DNA of 63,975 nucleotides, the filler included, from Hyphochytrium catenoides (lineage: Eukaryota > Protista > Hyphochytriomycota), in NCBI GenBank assembly GCA_900088475.1. It is 10 parts of 10 records of this genome, joined end to end, with 100 filler letters (N's around TTAATTAATTAA, not from the genome) between each part and the next. Parts side by side here need not be neighbours in the genome. Positions count along the whole stretch, not along the records: positions 12,697 to 25,355 come from FLMG01003528.1; 9 more parts are not named here. One strand, given 5' to 3'. This document shows, one piece after another, positions 12,731-25,014 of the stretch. Within the stretch, counting starts at the first letter, position 1; each line of letters starts with the position of its first letter. A program made the position numbers and the translations under genes. Below the pieces are notes generated by a model that saw only the letters and a list, made by a program, of their open reading frames with translations, searched no databases and was not told where the DNA came from.

Positions 12731-13887
12731 CGCGGACCTCTCCACAGGGGCGGCCGGTCTCAATTTCTCTATCTCCCTTTCCTCTTCTCTACCAGAAGCT
12801 TCCATCTCTTGGTCTTCATTCTTTCTCTCACGGTGTGAGAGTCTCTCCTCTATCCTTTCCTCTTCCTCTGGAGTCTCGCCTCCTGGACGCTGTTTTGCTT
12901 GAGCACGTTGGGGTGACGGAGAGGAGAGAGAGGAAGAAGAGAGAGAGAGAGAGGCTAAAGACAAACTCGCCCGTCGCGGCCTTCCCTGGTTAGAGATAGA
13001 AGAGCTCCTTCTCTCTCTGGTACCTGGAAGGACCAAGCTGCTGTCAGGAAAGAGAAAAAGAGAGAAAGACAGAAGACCTCGCCAATCTCTTTGAAGAGAG
13101 CACCAGAGAGAGAAACAAAGAGAGAATAGTAACTGAAGCTCAGGGTGAGATGAGGAGAGGAAGAGAAAGAGAGAGAGAGAGAGAGAAAGAGAGGTTGCTC
13201 ACTCACCCTCTTCAAAAGAGCCGGTCTGCCTCTTTTCAAAGCCGTCCTTCCAAGCTATTCCTCTTATCAGCAGGAGAAGAGCCACCAGAACCAAAGGAAA
13301 GACTGAAGAGAGGGTGCGTTATGAGAGAGAGAAAGAGAAAGAGGTCTAAAAGGAAAGAACTGAAAACACATCTAGGTAGGAGAAGAAGTGAAGGAAAGAG
13401 ACAAAGAGAATATTCCCACTTACCCATCGATGTGAAAGAGAGAGAAGAAGAGAGAAAGCAACATCCTCCTATGACAAGGCCTAAGAGGAGAGACTCTCTC
13501 CAGTCTCCACTGAGAGGGAAGGGAGATGACGGTGTGCGTTAGAAAGACTTCTGGATGACCTGACCACGAAAGTCTCTCCACTTTCTCTCTCTTACTCTTC
13601 TTTCACTCTCTCTCTCTCTCTTCCCTCCTGTGTGTTGTCCTTATTATGTGTCTCTCTTGCGCTCTCTCGCGCGCGCGGGTGCTCTCTTTCTCTCTCTCTC
13701 TCTCCCTTTTTTTGGTGGATTTTCCCTCGTCCGGTCCGTACCTTCCTTTTTTATGCTCCAGGCGGCGCACTTCTCCCTTCAGGAAGTCGACTGTTTCACT
13801 GAGTTGCTCAACACTCGCCCAGCGCTTCTCATTTAGCTCCTAAAAGAGATGAAGAGAGAGAGGCGAAAAGAAAGAACGGAGGAGGAA

Positions 13888-13932
<45 letters not shown>

Positions 13933-14728
13933 GAGACAGAGAGAGAGACAGAGAGAGGGAGACAGAGAGACAGAGAGACAGAGAGAGAGGAGGAGGAGAG
14001 AGAGAGACCAAGCGCATGAGAAAAAGTATTGGGGGAAAGGAGAATGAGACGAAAACGCCGGTCCCGCCATTAGAAGGTGAACAAAAGCGGAAAAGAGAGG
14101 ACTATAAAAGAGGGCACACGCGCAGAGAGACACAGAGACAGAAAGGAACAGGGAGAGGGGAGAGAGAGAGAGAGAGAGAGAGAGACTTTGTGAAAGAGGA
14201 GAGACGGGTGTGAAGAAGCAAGAGAGTAGAAGGGACAGCGATCTAGAGGAAGCAGCAAACAATAAAGAAGGCAAAGGAACAAGTTTCGAGTGTGATCGCT
14301 CACCTCCAACTGCGCTATCTGGAGGAGAAGGTCTCGAACCACTGAGGCCAGCGGACTCTCGTCTCTCTCTCCCTCTCTTCTTCTTCTCTCCAGTCTCTCC
14401 TTCCCGTCAGCCATGGCTTCTCTCTCCTCCATGTACTCTGTGGTGTCAGGGGAGGTGCTGACATCACTGTCTTCGTCACACGTCGGAGACGGAAAGCCTG
14501 GAGTCTCTCCCTCTTCATAGTCTTCCTCGGGTGATTCTTCCACGACGCTGCAAGCTTCCGTCTCCTTTGGTCTATTTAAACTAGGAAGGGGAAAAAAGAG
14601 AGAAAGAGAGAGAGGGAGAGGGAGACGTGCGTGTTAAATGGGAGAGGGGCTGGTGTGGTAAAATACCGAAGGGAAGGAAGAAGGGCGGCGGTCAGGAAAG
14701 CAAGGACAGAAAACCGGTCACAATCTCT

Positions 14729-14764
<36 letters not shown>

Positions 14765-16446
14765 TGTTCCACCATCCGGCTTTCCTCTCACCGTTGGCCC
14801 TCTGGCACCAGGTCCTCATGAGCGAGGTAAGAAAGAGCTTCAGCATACGGATTTGCTTCCTTTGTGACTGTCTTCTCTCTGTATCGATAGGACTGAGGCT
14901 TGACTACGAGGTCATGAGAGAAAGGCAGACAAGACAACGGTCGAGAGCAAAGAGAGAGAGAGACAAAGAGAGTGAGAAGAGAGAAAAAGAGAAAGAGAGA
15001 GACAAAGAGAGAGAGAGAGACCATTGACGAAGGAAGAGAGAAGAACTAATGATGGAAAGGAGCCAAGAAAGCCTAGAGAAAGCAAGGAAGTGGGCTTGTC
15101 ATCTTAGTATCATTGCCCCGGAAGCTGTCCACACCACTCTACCTCATTCAATTCCTATGTTTCCGCTCCTTCTCTCTCATCTCTGTCTCTCTCTCTCTCT
15201 CTCTNNNNNNNNNNNNNNNNNNNNNNNNNNNNNNNNNNNNNNNNNNNNNNNNNNNNNNNNNNNNNNNNNTCTCTCTCTCTCTCTCTCTCTCTCTCCGCGC
15301 ACTTTCTCTTTCTCTGCCTTGGCTTCCTCTTTCTGTCTTCCTCTTCATCCCCCGTACCTATTAGCGGCTGGGTGCTCTCGAGATGGACGAAAGGGTCCAG
15401 CGCTCGGAATCTGTAGAAGAAGTTTCCGTCCATGAAGTCATAGAGACCGATGGCGTGCTGAACCACACTTGCGCCCTGGAGGCAGGGAGGAGAGAGAATG
15501 AGAAAGAGGGAAGAGAAGAAGGAAGAGAGAAAGTGGGAAAAGGTGAGGCGGAGAGAAAGGGCAAGAGATACAGGGATGAGAGAGAAAAGGAAGGATATGT
15601 AAGTGACCCTGTCTCCCATGGCACAGATTACGTGGTAAAACAGAAAGAAAAGGTTATATAGAGCACAGAGGGAGAGAGAGAGAGCCCCAGCAAGAAAGAG
15701 AGCACAGAAAGAAAAAGAAAGAGAAAAATTGATATCCAAGAGAGAGCTCTTACCATCATTGCATTGCCCAGGTCCACAGCCTGTTCTCGCGTCTTCGCGA
15801 ATCCTCCCTCCAGCAGCCAGTCCACCGCTTCTCTTCCCTTGAAACAGAGAGGATAGACACGCAGACCCTGACTGGACTCGCATGGAGCGCAGGGACCGGA
15901 AGAGAAGGGAAACAGAGAGAAGGGAACAGAAAATAACGATGTCAGCGTAAGAGGAGGAGAGAGAACAAGAACGAGTTTTAAGGCTGTATAAGAAAGGGAG
16001 AGAGAGAAAAAGGTAGACACAAGAGCTGAGAAGACGAAGCATCAGAAGTAAACAGCCGAGAAAGAAGTTCTCTTTCTCTCTCCCTATAATAAATTAGAGC
16101 TGTTCTCCCCTCTCTCACCTTCTGTCACAGACTTTGATCTCTTTCATCATCAGCCCGCCCAACAGCTCCAGGGCGGTCACATAGTCTAAAAGTTTTGACA
16201 GAGAAAGAAAGAGAGACAGAGAGAGAGGTACAGAGAAAAAAGGGGTGAGAGACACGGGTAAAATTACTTTTCTTCCCCTACCATCAATAAGCACTTCTTT
16301 CTCGTATCTTCCCACCCCGCCCGCCCTTCCTGGCCGTTCTACGAGTAAATCTTTGGCATGGCATGTCCGAAATCATCCTTCTCCTCTCCTTTCCCTCTTT
16401 CCCTGACTCTTTCTCTTTCCTCTCCTCTCTCTTCCTCACTCAGCCA

Positions 16447-16477
<31 letters not shown>

Positions 16478-16951
16478 GTGATCACGAGAGTCACAACGGG
16501 GCTGGTCAGTGCACTCACTTGGCTTCGGGCTGTCCGTCCAGGAGGCGACGGCCGCACAATTGTGCGTAACTGCAGCTATCCATTCCTCCTTCTCAGCCTC
16601 GGAAGGTGCGCACAGCGTCCAGCGGACCGGGCGCATGTTCCCTCCGGCCGCTGAGATAACGAACTTCCCGTCCGTGAGCGTCTCTGTGCGCACCATCGGC
16701 CCCAGCTCGATCACAGCGGCTCTCTTCCTGCTTCTCTCTCTCTCTCTCTCTCCCTTGTACAGCACGATCTCTCTCTCTCTCAGGCAGAGGATGCGTGAGG
16801 TCCAGCCCTGGCCGAGGCGGCGGGAGGTGAGCAGCTTGACCGGGCCCTCGAGGCGTGGAAGAGCCGTCCAGGAGCTCTCAAAAAGAGTCTGAAAAATGAA
16901 AGTCTTCGGGTCCGAGGAGAGATGAGGAGGAGACGCTGGTGGGGGCGCCAT
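12731..16951 (-). CDS. PH + DEP domain protein with acidic linker and coiled coil, 3' end uncertain or partial; exons 16951-16519, 16185-16119, 15871-15754, 15475-15358, 14903-14792, 14580-14304, 13839-13742, further exons likely to 12731
   Basis: PH signature LEGPVK...WTSRILCL...LYK...WTLCAPSEAEKEEWIAAV. DEP signature across three exons: IKVCDRSQGLRVYPLCFKGREAVDWLL...TREQAVDLGNAMM...VVQHA...FMDGNFFYRF. Seven exons are phase-consistent GT-AG. Confidence 0.82.
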
Positions 16952-17503
16952 GACTGGAAATGGGCGGCACTTCTACCTGGTCTCTCTCTCTGTACCTATC
17001 TGTTCTTTCTTTCTGTCTTTCGCGGATCCTCTCAATGGCGCTCGGGTTTACACTCTTCAGGTTCGTCTCTGGCAGAGGTTGAACGGCGGCAGTCAGGGGA
17101 GAAGAAAGAGCGCTGGTCACTCTTTCTTAACCCTGCCCTTCAAGATCAAGCTTCTTCTCTTTCTCTTTCCATGCCAGCTGTCTGCTTCCTCTCTCCTCTG
17201 CGGCCTCTCACTGCTTTCTTCTCCTCTCAGTGTAGCGCCTGATATGTAGAGAGCGAGGAAATATGATTGAGGGCCAAGAGGCAAGACAGAGCTTGCCGCC
17301 GCTGCCGCTGCTCCTAAGAATCTTTGTGTCCCTGGTCCTGCCACTGCCCGCCGCTCACTCAGTCTTCTCTGTAAGAAGCAGGGCCAGCGCTGTCTGGTGG
17401 GGCCGAGAGCGGTGGGAAGAAGGGGATGAAAGTGCGAGGGGAGAGCGACCAAGCGGTGTGAGTGAGGGGAGAAACAGTGAGAGAAGAGAAACAGAGAGAG
17501 AGG

Positions 17504-17560
<57 letters not shown>

Positions 17561-18293
17561 ATTCCAACGTCTGTCTGATACTTCAATCAGAACGCAAAAC
17601 CATTCCGTTAGCGGTCCTCGACCCACAATCAGGCTGGTAGAAACCCAGCGAACTGAGGTAGTGTTCAGTTTAAGACATAGTTAATCACAGTAACTGGCAC
17701 ATCAGAAGTGTTGGAACGGGCTGCCCATATTGATCTCTACCCTTCCTCCCTGGTATCTACCACTAGGTGGCTGATCGTGCCCACCTACAGCATCACCGAT
17801 AACAAAGTAGAGAAGAGGAAGACGAGACAGACGCACGATGGGCATTCTCCTGCCTTATTGTTCTCTACGTCAGAGAGAGAGAGAGAGAGAGTGAGACTTC
17901 TTGGCTCTTCCGCTCGCCGCCGCACCAATCATCATCACCGTCGTCATCCATCATCATGCATCATCATCACCAAGCCCGCCGCGCGCCGCCATCGACCCAT
18001 CAACAACACCACCACATCCTCCTCCTCCTCCTCCTTGTGCCTTGCTCGCCTTCCTCCTCTCTCTTCTCTCCTCCTCCTGACTTACCATACATGATGATGT
18101 TGATGATGGTGCTGCAGAACAACAGCTGAGGAGGAGGCGGAGGGTATCCTTCTTACTGAAAATGTATGTGGTGGTGGTGGTGGTAGAGATCTTTGTACGG
18201 CAAGAAGGACACTCCCGTTACCCTCAATTTCCCTTCCCTTGCCTTTCAACAACGACCCCGCCGCCGCCGCAACAACTATTAACAGTCGTGAGA

Positions 18294-18451
18294 GGACTGA
18301 TGATGATAATATAAACGAGTCTGTGCCGCGAATCCCTTTCTGAGGCTGAATTTTGAAGCCGCAATAAACTCCAACTATCGTCGGCGGGCCACTAAGAGAT
18401 AGATATCGATGACCAATCTGCTTATTAGAGAAGTATTCTGAGCTGCCAGCG
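18294..18451. repeat. Dispersed repeat, copy 1 (direct copy at 19233-19369)
   Basis: Shared blocks AAACGAGTCTGTGCCGCGAATC, TTGAAGCCGCAATAAA, AGATATCGAT and TATTCTGAGCTGCCAGCG in the same order. Confidence 0.85.
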
Positions 18452-19232
18452 CGCGACGTCATCCGCCAGCAACAACAAGAAGACGAGGAGAAGAGAGAGC
18501 GATGATGAGCGGTGGTGGCTGGAACGATATAATAGTAGGCCAGAAAATGAAGGCGAAGAAGAAGAACGACGAGGGGCGGCAGGAGAGGAAATGGTGATCG
18601 CTAGAGCTGCTGCTGGCTGGTCCAGCACAAGGTGTTCGGAGCAGCTCATCAATAATAGCTTCTGCGGAGGAGATCATCATTATTAGCTAGCAACGGCGGC
18701 GGTAGTGGATTGATCTACGAAGGAAGACGAAGGAGGACATGAAGAAATAGAGTAATAACCCGATGCTATTAGTAACAGTGTGATAATGCGCTGGTGACGG
18801 TCCGCCCAAAAAAAAGCAGAACTCTGAACTGCTCCTCCTCCTCCTTCTTTTCCACCACCTCGCGCCGCCTGCCTCCTATAACTAGTAGAGTAGACTCCCT
18901 CCCTCTTAGTACATTAGAGAAGCAGAGGTGCCGGCGGCGTACCGGCGGCTGCTGTTGTCGAGTGGCAGTGAGGCCGGAGGAGGACCTGCTGCGCTTGTGA
19001 TTGTTTGTTCTACATAGCCTAGATATCACCTAGTTGGTTGTTCCCCCTTGCTGCTGCTGCTCCTGGGCTTCCTCCTTCTCGCCTCCTCCTTCTTCTCTCC
19101 ATCTCCTTTGTTCTGTTGTTCCCCCAACTGCCTCCTCCTTGTTCTCTCCCTCTTTCCCTTTCTTCAAGGTTCCCCCCCTCTTTCTCTCTTCCTCCCTCGT
19201 CTCATCATCAACGCCCCCACTAAACGGTTGTG

Positions 19233-19369
19233 GGACTGATAAACGAGTCTGTGCCGCGAATCGTTTGAGGTGATCATTGAAGCCGCAATAAAGTCCAGCC
19301 ATCGGCCACTGAAGAGATAGTAGATATCGATAACTAATCTGCATAGAGAACTATTCTGAGCTGCCAGCG
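19233..19369. repeat. Dispersed repeat, copy 2
   Basis: Colinear with 18294-18451, with short indels. Confidence 0.85.
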
Positions 19370-20488
19370 AGACAGTCAGAAGAGGCTCCTCCTTGCTTTA
19401 AACGCAGCAAGTCTATCTAGCGGGCGTAGGTCCTCTAGATAGATAAGATAGTGGCCTGTTTAGCTTTACCAATATAGAACTGATATTTTACTGACTCCCA
19501 AGCACTACTCCCTGCTCCTGCTGCTTCTCATCCCTGTCTAAACCTACTACCACTTCTCGGTATACCTACTGCAAATCATCAGGACTCTCTCTCCCTCTCT
19601 CCTCTTCTTAAAAATCTTGCCGGCAAACCGCTCATTATCACGTGCAAATACTACTATTCTCTAAGATCCCTTCTCTTCACCACTCTCAAAGATCCCTTCC
19701 GGCCATTACTCTTTAATTCCCATTCCTAACTGCTCTTCTCCTTCCTCAACCTCTGACAGCTCCCACCAACCCCTCCTGTTCTGCACTCGGATGACGCTTT
19801 GTGATTGAGGCTCCAAGCAGCATCTGTGATTAGCACGAACAACGTATCAGCAGACCTTTCAGTCCGTACTATCTGAAATGGTTGGTTCACAAGCTTCACA
19901 AGAACGCCTTCCTTCAACTGCTTGAGCTCAGATGTCCTGTTACAGCCACTCGTCCTGCCACTAGTCCGTAGCAGGAGGTGAAGAACTAATGAGTAGTAAT
20001 TGCTTGGGTACGAATAAGGGTAGTGAGTCTGCTATGTGTGGGGGAAGAGTACTAGTAGAGAAGCAAAGCAAATAGACTTTGTAGTAGAAGGCGGATCAGC
20101 AGGGTGATGACGTGAGCAGCACAAACAGTCGAAGCCAGACAACGGTTTATGAGCCAATCGAGGCGGAATATTCGAGCATTATGAGAACTCATTCACACAC
20201 GAGCAGTACAGCAAGACGAAGGAGACAAGCTTACTCTTCTATCTAGAAACTCGTCAAGGACACAGCAGTCCGTCCAACAACGGCTAAACTCTTCTTTTTA
20301 GACACCCGACGCGTCCTTTATGTTGTTAAATTCCTCTCTGTCGTCCGCGATACACTTATTGGTTCGAGCGTCGATCACAGTTGAACAGCTGGCATGGTCT
20401 ATTACTTTGCATGATTGTTGCTCCATTGATCAATCCAACTATTAGTTTCCCCAACTAAAAACAGATACAAATAATGCAGCTTGTGGGA

Positions 20489-21620
20489 CCTTATGTGCCT
20501 ATAAGCCAGAATGGGTAGACTCTAGCTTGTGGGACCCTGTGTAGTAGTATGTGAGAAGAGTGAGTCAATGAGTTTAGCTAAGTCTTCGCTTTCGGCTGGC
20601 CAGGCCTTACCTCCGACGAAGCTCTGCAGAGGAAGACTTCTAAGGCGATTCTAAAGACTTTTCTCTTAGATCGAACTTTATTGACTGATTTACATTGTGA
20701 GTAGAACCAAACCGCCGATCTCAGGGAGAGAAGAGAGAGAAGGAGGGAGAGAAGGATAGAACTAGAGATGAGAGCAACCTCCTTCGTAACAAGCGCTACG
20801 CTGATAGCCAACCATTGGCCCCGGAGCCTCGGACTACCCATCCTCGTCGGCTAGTTCATCTAAAAGGCGGCAGCGCTCTCGCCAGCCCCTTCTCCTATCC
20901 ACCTCCTCGCCCCAGAGCTAGCTCCAAGAGATAAAGTGAGAGCTTGTAGTTCAGAGGAGTATATGGTCCTACTACACGGAGTATCCACATATAACACCCT
21001 GTTGGATTTTGAAAATGCTGAATCCCTACTGAGTTCTACTTTCAATAGGAGGTACCTGTTCCCCCATCGCCATAGTTAACATTAGAGACTCCACTGCTTC
21101 CTTCAATACCTCTCCTTCTCCTTGGATTTTGGGACTGTAACTTAGGGAGTAGGTCTCTGGTTACATCTTAGTCACATAAAGTACGTACGACTCAGATAGT
21201 CCATCCTCCAACAGAAACACTTCCAAAACGGTGATTAGCGAAAATTCAAATAGTGAAATTTTGATCATACAAATACATTGACATACACACAACACACGAA
21301 AAAGGTTATTTGTGGTGCCCCCCCTTCCCCTGTGGGTAAAAATTTGAGGCTCGCCCTTCGGCTCATCATCAGAAGTTCCTTATCGGCTTATAAGCCAAAA
21401 TGGGTAGTCTCCTCTAGCTTGTGGGACCTTATTGGCTCAGGTATTACCCTAGATAATATCACTGCATTATTTCTTAGAGGGAGTAAGTGGTCTCTCAAAC
21501 ATATAAGCCATAGTCAGCATTAGACCTCCACTCTTTTTTCCTCATGTCTCTACTTGTAATTGGAGTTTGGGACTGTGACTTGGCCAGTTGGTCTGGTACA
21601 AGTTAGTCCCATAAAGTAAG
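20489..21620. repeat. Two decayed tandem copies of an unclassified element
   Basis: 20489-20538 matches 21378-21430 (TATAAGCC..AATGGGTAG..CTCTAGCTTGTGGGACC). 21068-21183 matches 21507-21618 (GCCATAGT..CATTAGA..CTCCACT...TTTGGGACTGT...TTAGTC.CATAAAGTA). Confidence 0.7.
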
Positions 21621-22794
21621 AATTAGATAGTCTCCACTTTCCACCTCCCCGCAGTAGTAAAAATATCTATATAGTCCCTTAAAAAGGGGATGATCATGAT
21701 GAATATGTAACGTTGAGAGTTCTTTAGTAAGGGGATGATTATGATGTGAGTATGTAAGGTAAATAAGATCCCTAATTGAGGGAGTAAGGCGTGGAACAGC
21801 GGATGGTAGTGCCAAGGGAAGATTATCGGCGGTGGACGGACAGTACGTAATTCTTAGGACCTTCCGGTGGTTGACTCTGTCGTCGCGGACAACATCGCTT
21901 GACATCGACGTATTTGGAGTTTGGTCTTGGCATTTGACATAGAGTGGTGGTGCTTGTGTTGTCAAGAAAGTCTTCTATTAGAGCTACTGCTCGTGGATAG
22001 TTGATTTGTTCAAGAAAAAGGGTTAATTTGTTCTGCATGATTGGATCTTGTCCAGAGAGATACACCCAGCTTCAGTTGTTAAAGATTGTTGAAAGTTGCC
22101 TCGTCCAGTAGTCCACGTTCCTTGACCCTTTTTGGCTCTTGTCTGAATCTATTTCTGGCTTTGTCACCAGACTCTGCCTTACAACAACATTATCTATGGC
22201 GAAGCCATCAGCACAGGAAAAGTAAAAGTTTAACTCTGCTGAACACTGGCTCTATCCGTTATAATGCCAGCGGCAAACGGCTAGACTTCGAAAGGACACC
22301 CAAATCTTTCCTTCTTCTTCAACTCCTACATCACAATCTCAGGATCTTTTCAGGCTCTATCTCACCAGTACTTCCTCTCTGCTACATTTATACATACTCT
22401 TTGCATTTTTAGCTTACTACTTGCTTTACCCATCCGACCTTATCTCTTAACTCCTACGTACTGGTTTAGCGCCAAAAGCGCAGCCATCAAAGGTAAGTTT
22501 GAGATTGTCCCTTACAGCTCCTCACATAGCATTAAGAGGAAGACTTAGCTCTAGCAACATAGCATCCTTGGGAGACCTTAGCGATAACTCATAGTTCTTC
22601 ATATTTGTTATAAAAAAAAGCTCCAGATTAGCTCCATGAGCTCAAGAAGCACTTCAGTAATGCATATGTCTTCTCAACTTACAAAGCAAAGCAAAAGCAC
22701 CAACAACCAGCTCCATTACAGCTTACAAAAGTTTGTCAGAGACAGCCCTTCCTAGCACTCAGCTAATCTACTTTCTTTAAAGAGGATATAACCC

Positions 22795-23500
22795 TTTTTG
22801 TCCGTCACATCGAAGCCCCTCGCGAGCAATTGCGCGCATTTAGTGACTTTAGTGGGGTCTGGAGCAAATATCAGTGTGTCGTCCACAAAGGCGGAGATGA
22901 TTGACGGTTTGGATCGATCGTCGGACTCTCATATATATATATTACGCATGGGTCGCAGAGATTGGCTTCAAATCCATGGTCGGTAAATATCCATCTACTG
23001 GGACTTATTCGATTGTGGGAGACTTTATTTGAGACCATGGATACTCCTGTTTGAGCTTGCAGACCAATCCCTTCTTCGCTCTAGGTTGCTGGAAGCCAAG
23101 AGAATGACGAAATATATATGGTCTCCTCCACCACAACGCCATAGAGAAATGCTGTCCTGATGTCAACCTAAAGGGTCTCTAAATCAAATGTGCCCGCCAA
23201 CAAGAGAAGGCATCGGTACTGACTCCTAAGTGACCTGGTGCAAAAAAGTTCCGTAAACATAAATGACTCTAAAATTTGGTTGCATCGTTGGGCTACCAGG
23301 CGAGCGTTGTAGCGGTCAAAACTACCGTTTCTGTTATACCTGGTGAGGAAAAAGCACTTACGCCCTATCACATTGGCGTCAGGTGGCCGTTCGACGAGCT
23401 ACCAGACATCGTGTTATTCCATTGATTGAGCTATAGCAGCGCTCCATTCTTTGGGGTGAGGTCCACTTAGCGCCTCGTTGATGTTCGCGGCTCTGGTGTT
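22795..23500 (-). mobile_element. Ty1/copia reverse transcriptase, pseudogenised
   Basis: Reads NINEALSGPHPKEWSAAI..HDVW*LVERPPDANVIGRKCF..NGSFDRYNARLVAQ..VDIRTAFLYG..DPCVIY..IISAFVDDTLIFA: copia RT motifs (RYKARLVA, DVxTAFLxG, YVDD) with stops and frameshifts. Confidence 0.9.
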
Positions 23501-23664
23501 TATAGCTGAGGGCTTCTTTTTGGAACTTGATGATTGATTAGTTGTGAGCAAAATGGTTCCTAATTAGAGCTCTAAGGAAAAAGGAGCTTCACTAAATTCC
23601 CATACTTTCTGTTGAATGTTCAGCTTCGACCCTTCTTGATAGGGAGTTTCGAGCTGCGGAGAGG

Positions 23665-23988
23665 TGTTGGACCTGATGGCACAGCTATGTGGACTGCAAG
23701 CTGGCAAGCTTAACTAACCAAGTTACAGCTCTAAACTCCCAGTAGAAGCCGAGATATGAAGCAAGCGAAATGTCCCTGTTTTATATCTATGGCTTATGGT
23801 CAGCACCCCGGAATAGCTTCAGGACTGACTATTCTAGGCAGGGATATCTCTATAACTCCAATATCTTAGACTTTAATTGGAATAGGTGGCATAGTCAGAA
23901 TAGCTCTAGATTGTGTGACCCCAGTCGGGCTTATAAGTAGAGCACTCTCATCTAATGACATTGTCCATTCATCCCATATAATCTAACA
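23665..23988. mobile_element. LTR family A, copy 1 (324 nt, TGTTGG...CTAACA)
   Basis: TG..CA termini with a short inverted repeat; homologous over its full length, in inverted orientation, to 24413-24997. No matching TSD seen. Confidence 0.75.
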
Positions 23989-24720
23989 CCTTCATCATCA
24001 CAACGAAGCCTACCCAAGCTTAGAATCCGACCTCCTCGTTGTCCTTAGTTGGCCGATCATAGTAAGAGAGAGGAGAAAGACAACAGGAGAGCAGAGCAGG
24101 AAAAGATAAAAGCACCCGAAGAGAACCTACCTCCCACCCACTACCTCAGTGGACATAAAGCCAATTTTTCTGTTTTGTCCACCAGCTTGCAGCCACAGGT
24201 CCTCAAGAGATGCTGCTGCAATAAGTACAGTACCGCAACTCCTACCAATGCTACATAATAGTCAGGACGCTCGCTCTGGGAACACTCTCACTCATTCAGA
24301 CTGTGTTGCATTAGGGTAGGAGGTGAAGTCCCCCGACATGGGCAAAGCGCGAGTGCTTATCTTTAGGAAGAGCCTTAATAGGCACGTCAGCTACCATTGC
24401 CTATGTCCCCAATGTCGGATTTGTATGGGATGATTGGACAATGTCATTAGATGAGAGTGCTCTACTTATAACTCCAATTGGGGTCCCACAATTAAAACCT
24501 ATTCTTGACTATGCCAGCTATTCCTAATAAACTCTAAGATATTCAGTTATACGAGATATCCAGTTATCCAGAACAGTCAGTCCTGAAGAGATTCCGGGCT
24601 ACTGACCATAATAAGCCATAGATATAAACAGGGACATTTCGTTTGCTTGATATCTCGGCTTCTACTGAGAGTTTGGCGCTGGAACTTGGGTAGCTAAGCT
24701 TGCCAGCTGGTAGTCCACCT

Positions 24721-24975
24721 TGTTGAACTGTGATCGCCACTGAAACCAAAAAGTGTACAGCGGACGACGCAGAGGGGAAGAACCCCTGGTATATAAACAA
24801 AAACGGAGATTAGTCAAGATTACGTTTGGTGAATGGTGCATACTGGTTAGGGTGTCGGCATCAAAGACAGAGGTCCTGGGTTCGAATCCCGGAGCGTACA
24901 AAACTTTCTTCGGTAAATCCAGACACCCCCCAATAGTAATTCAAAGTGCTCACCACCAGATGCTAAAATCTAACA
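24721..24975. mobile_element. Solo LTR family B (255 nt) nested in LTR A
   Basis: TGTTGA...CTAACA termini and a 5-nt TSD CACCT/CACAT. The uninterrupted copy 1 has a single CACAT at this position. Internal TATATAAA near 24790. Confidence 0.78.
24819..24900 (+). pseudogene. tRNA-like sequence (pseudo-tRNA or tRNA-derived SINE head)
   Basis: Canonical T arm CTGGG-TTCGAAT-CCCGG preceded by variable loop AGGTC, an A-box-like TGGTGCATACTGG, and TACGTT/AGCGTA acceptor-like pairing. The anticodon arm and D-arm spacing are not canonical. Confidence 0.65.
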
Positions 24976-25014
24976 CACATAGCTGTGCCCTTATACACCC
25001 AGTACCTAAATGAA

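Larger units (their letters stand above)
24413..24997. mobile_element. Solo LTR family A, copy 2 (inverted relative to copy 1), interrupted by LTR B
   Basis: TGTCGG...TATACA; flanks CCCAA/CCCAG (4/5 TSD match). Homology to copy 1 stops at 24720 and resumes at 24976 (CACATAGCTGTGCC). Confidence 0.78.

Noticed and set aside
9639-16951. PH-DEP gene and PIP5K fragment as parts of one PIKfyve-like gene or a phosphoinositide cluster
   Set aside because: They are on separate contigs divided by an artificial spacer, with no overlap or linkage evidence.
19726-19917. LFVLITDAAW resembling a retroelement RNase H first motif
   Set aside because: Later RNase H motifs are absent.
24850-24870. UCA anticodon (opal suppressor or recoded Trp tRNA) when counting back from the T arm
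   Set aside because: In that register the anticodon stem does not pair and position 33 is A; the sequence lies inside an LTR, and a well-supported gene here (PLK) ends at TGA.
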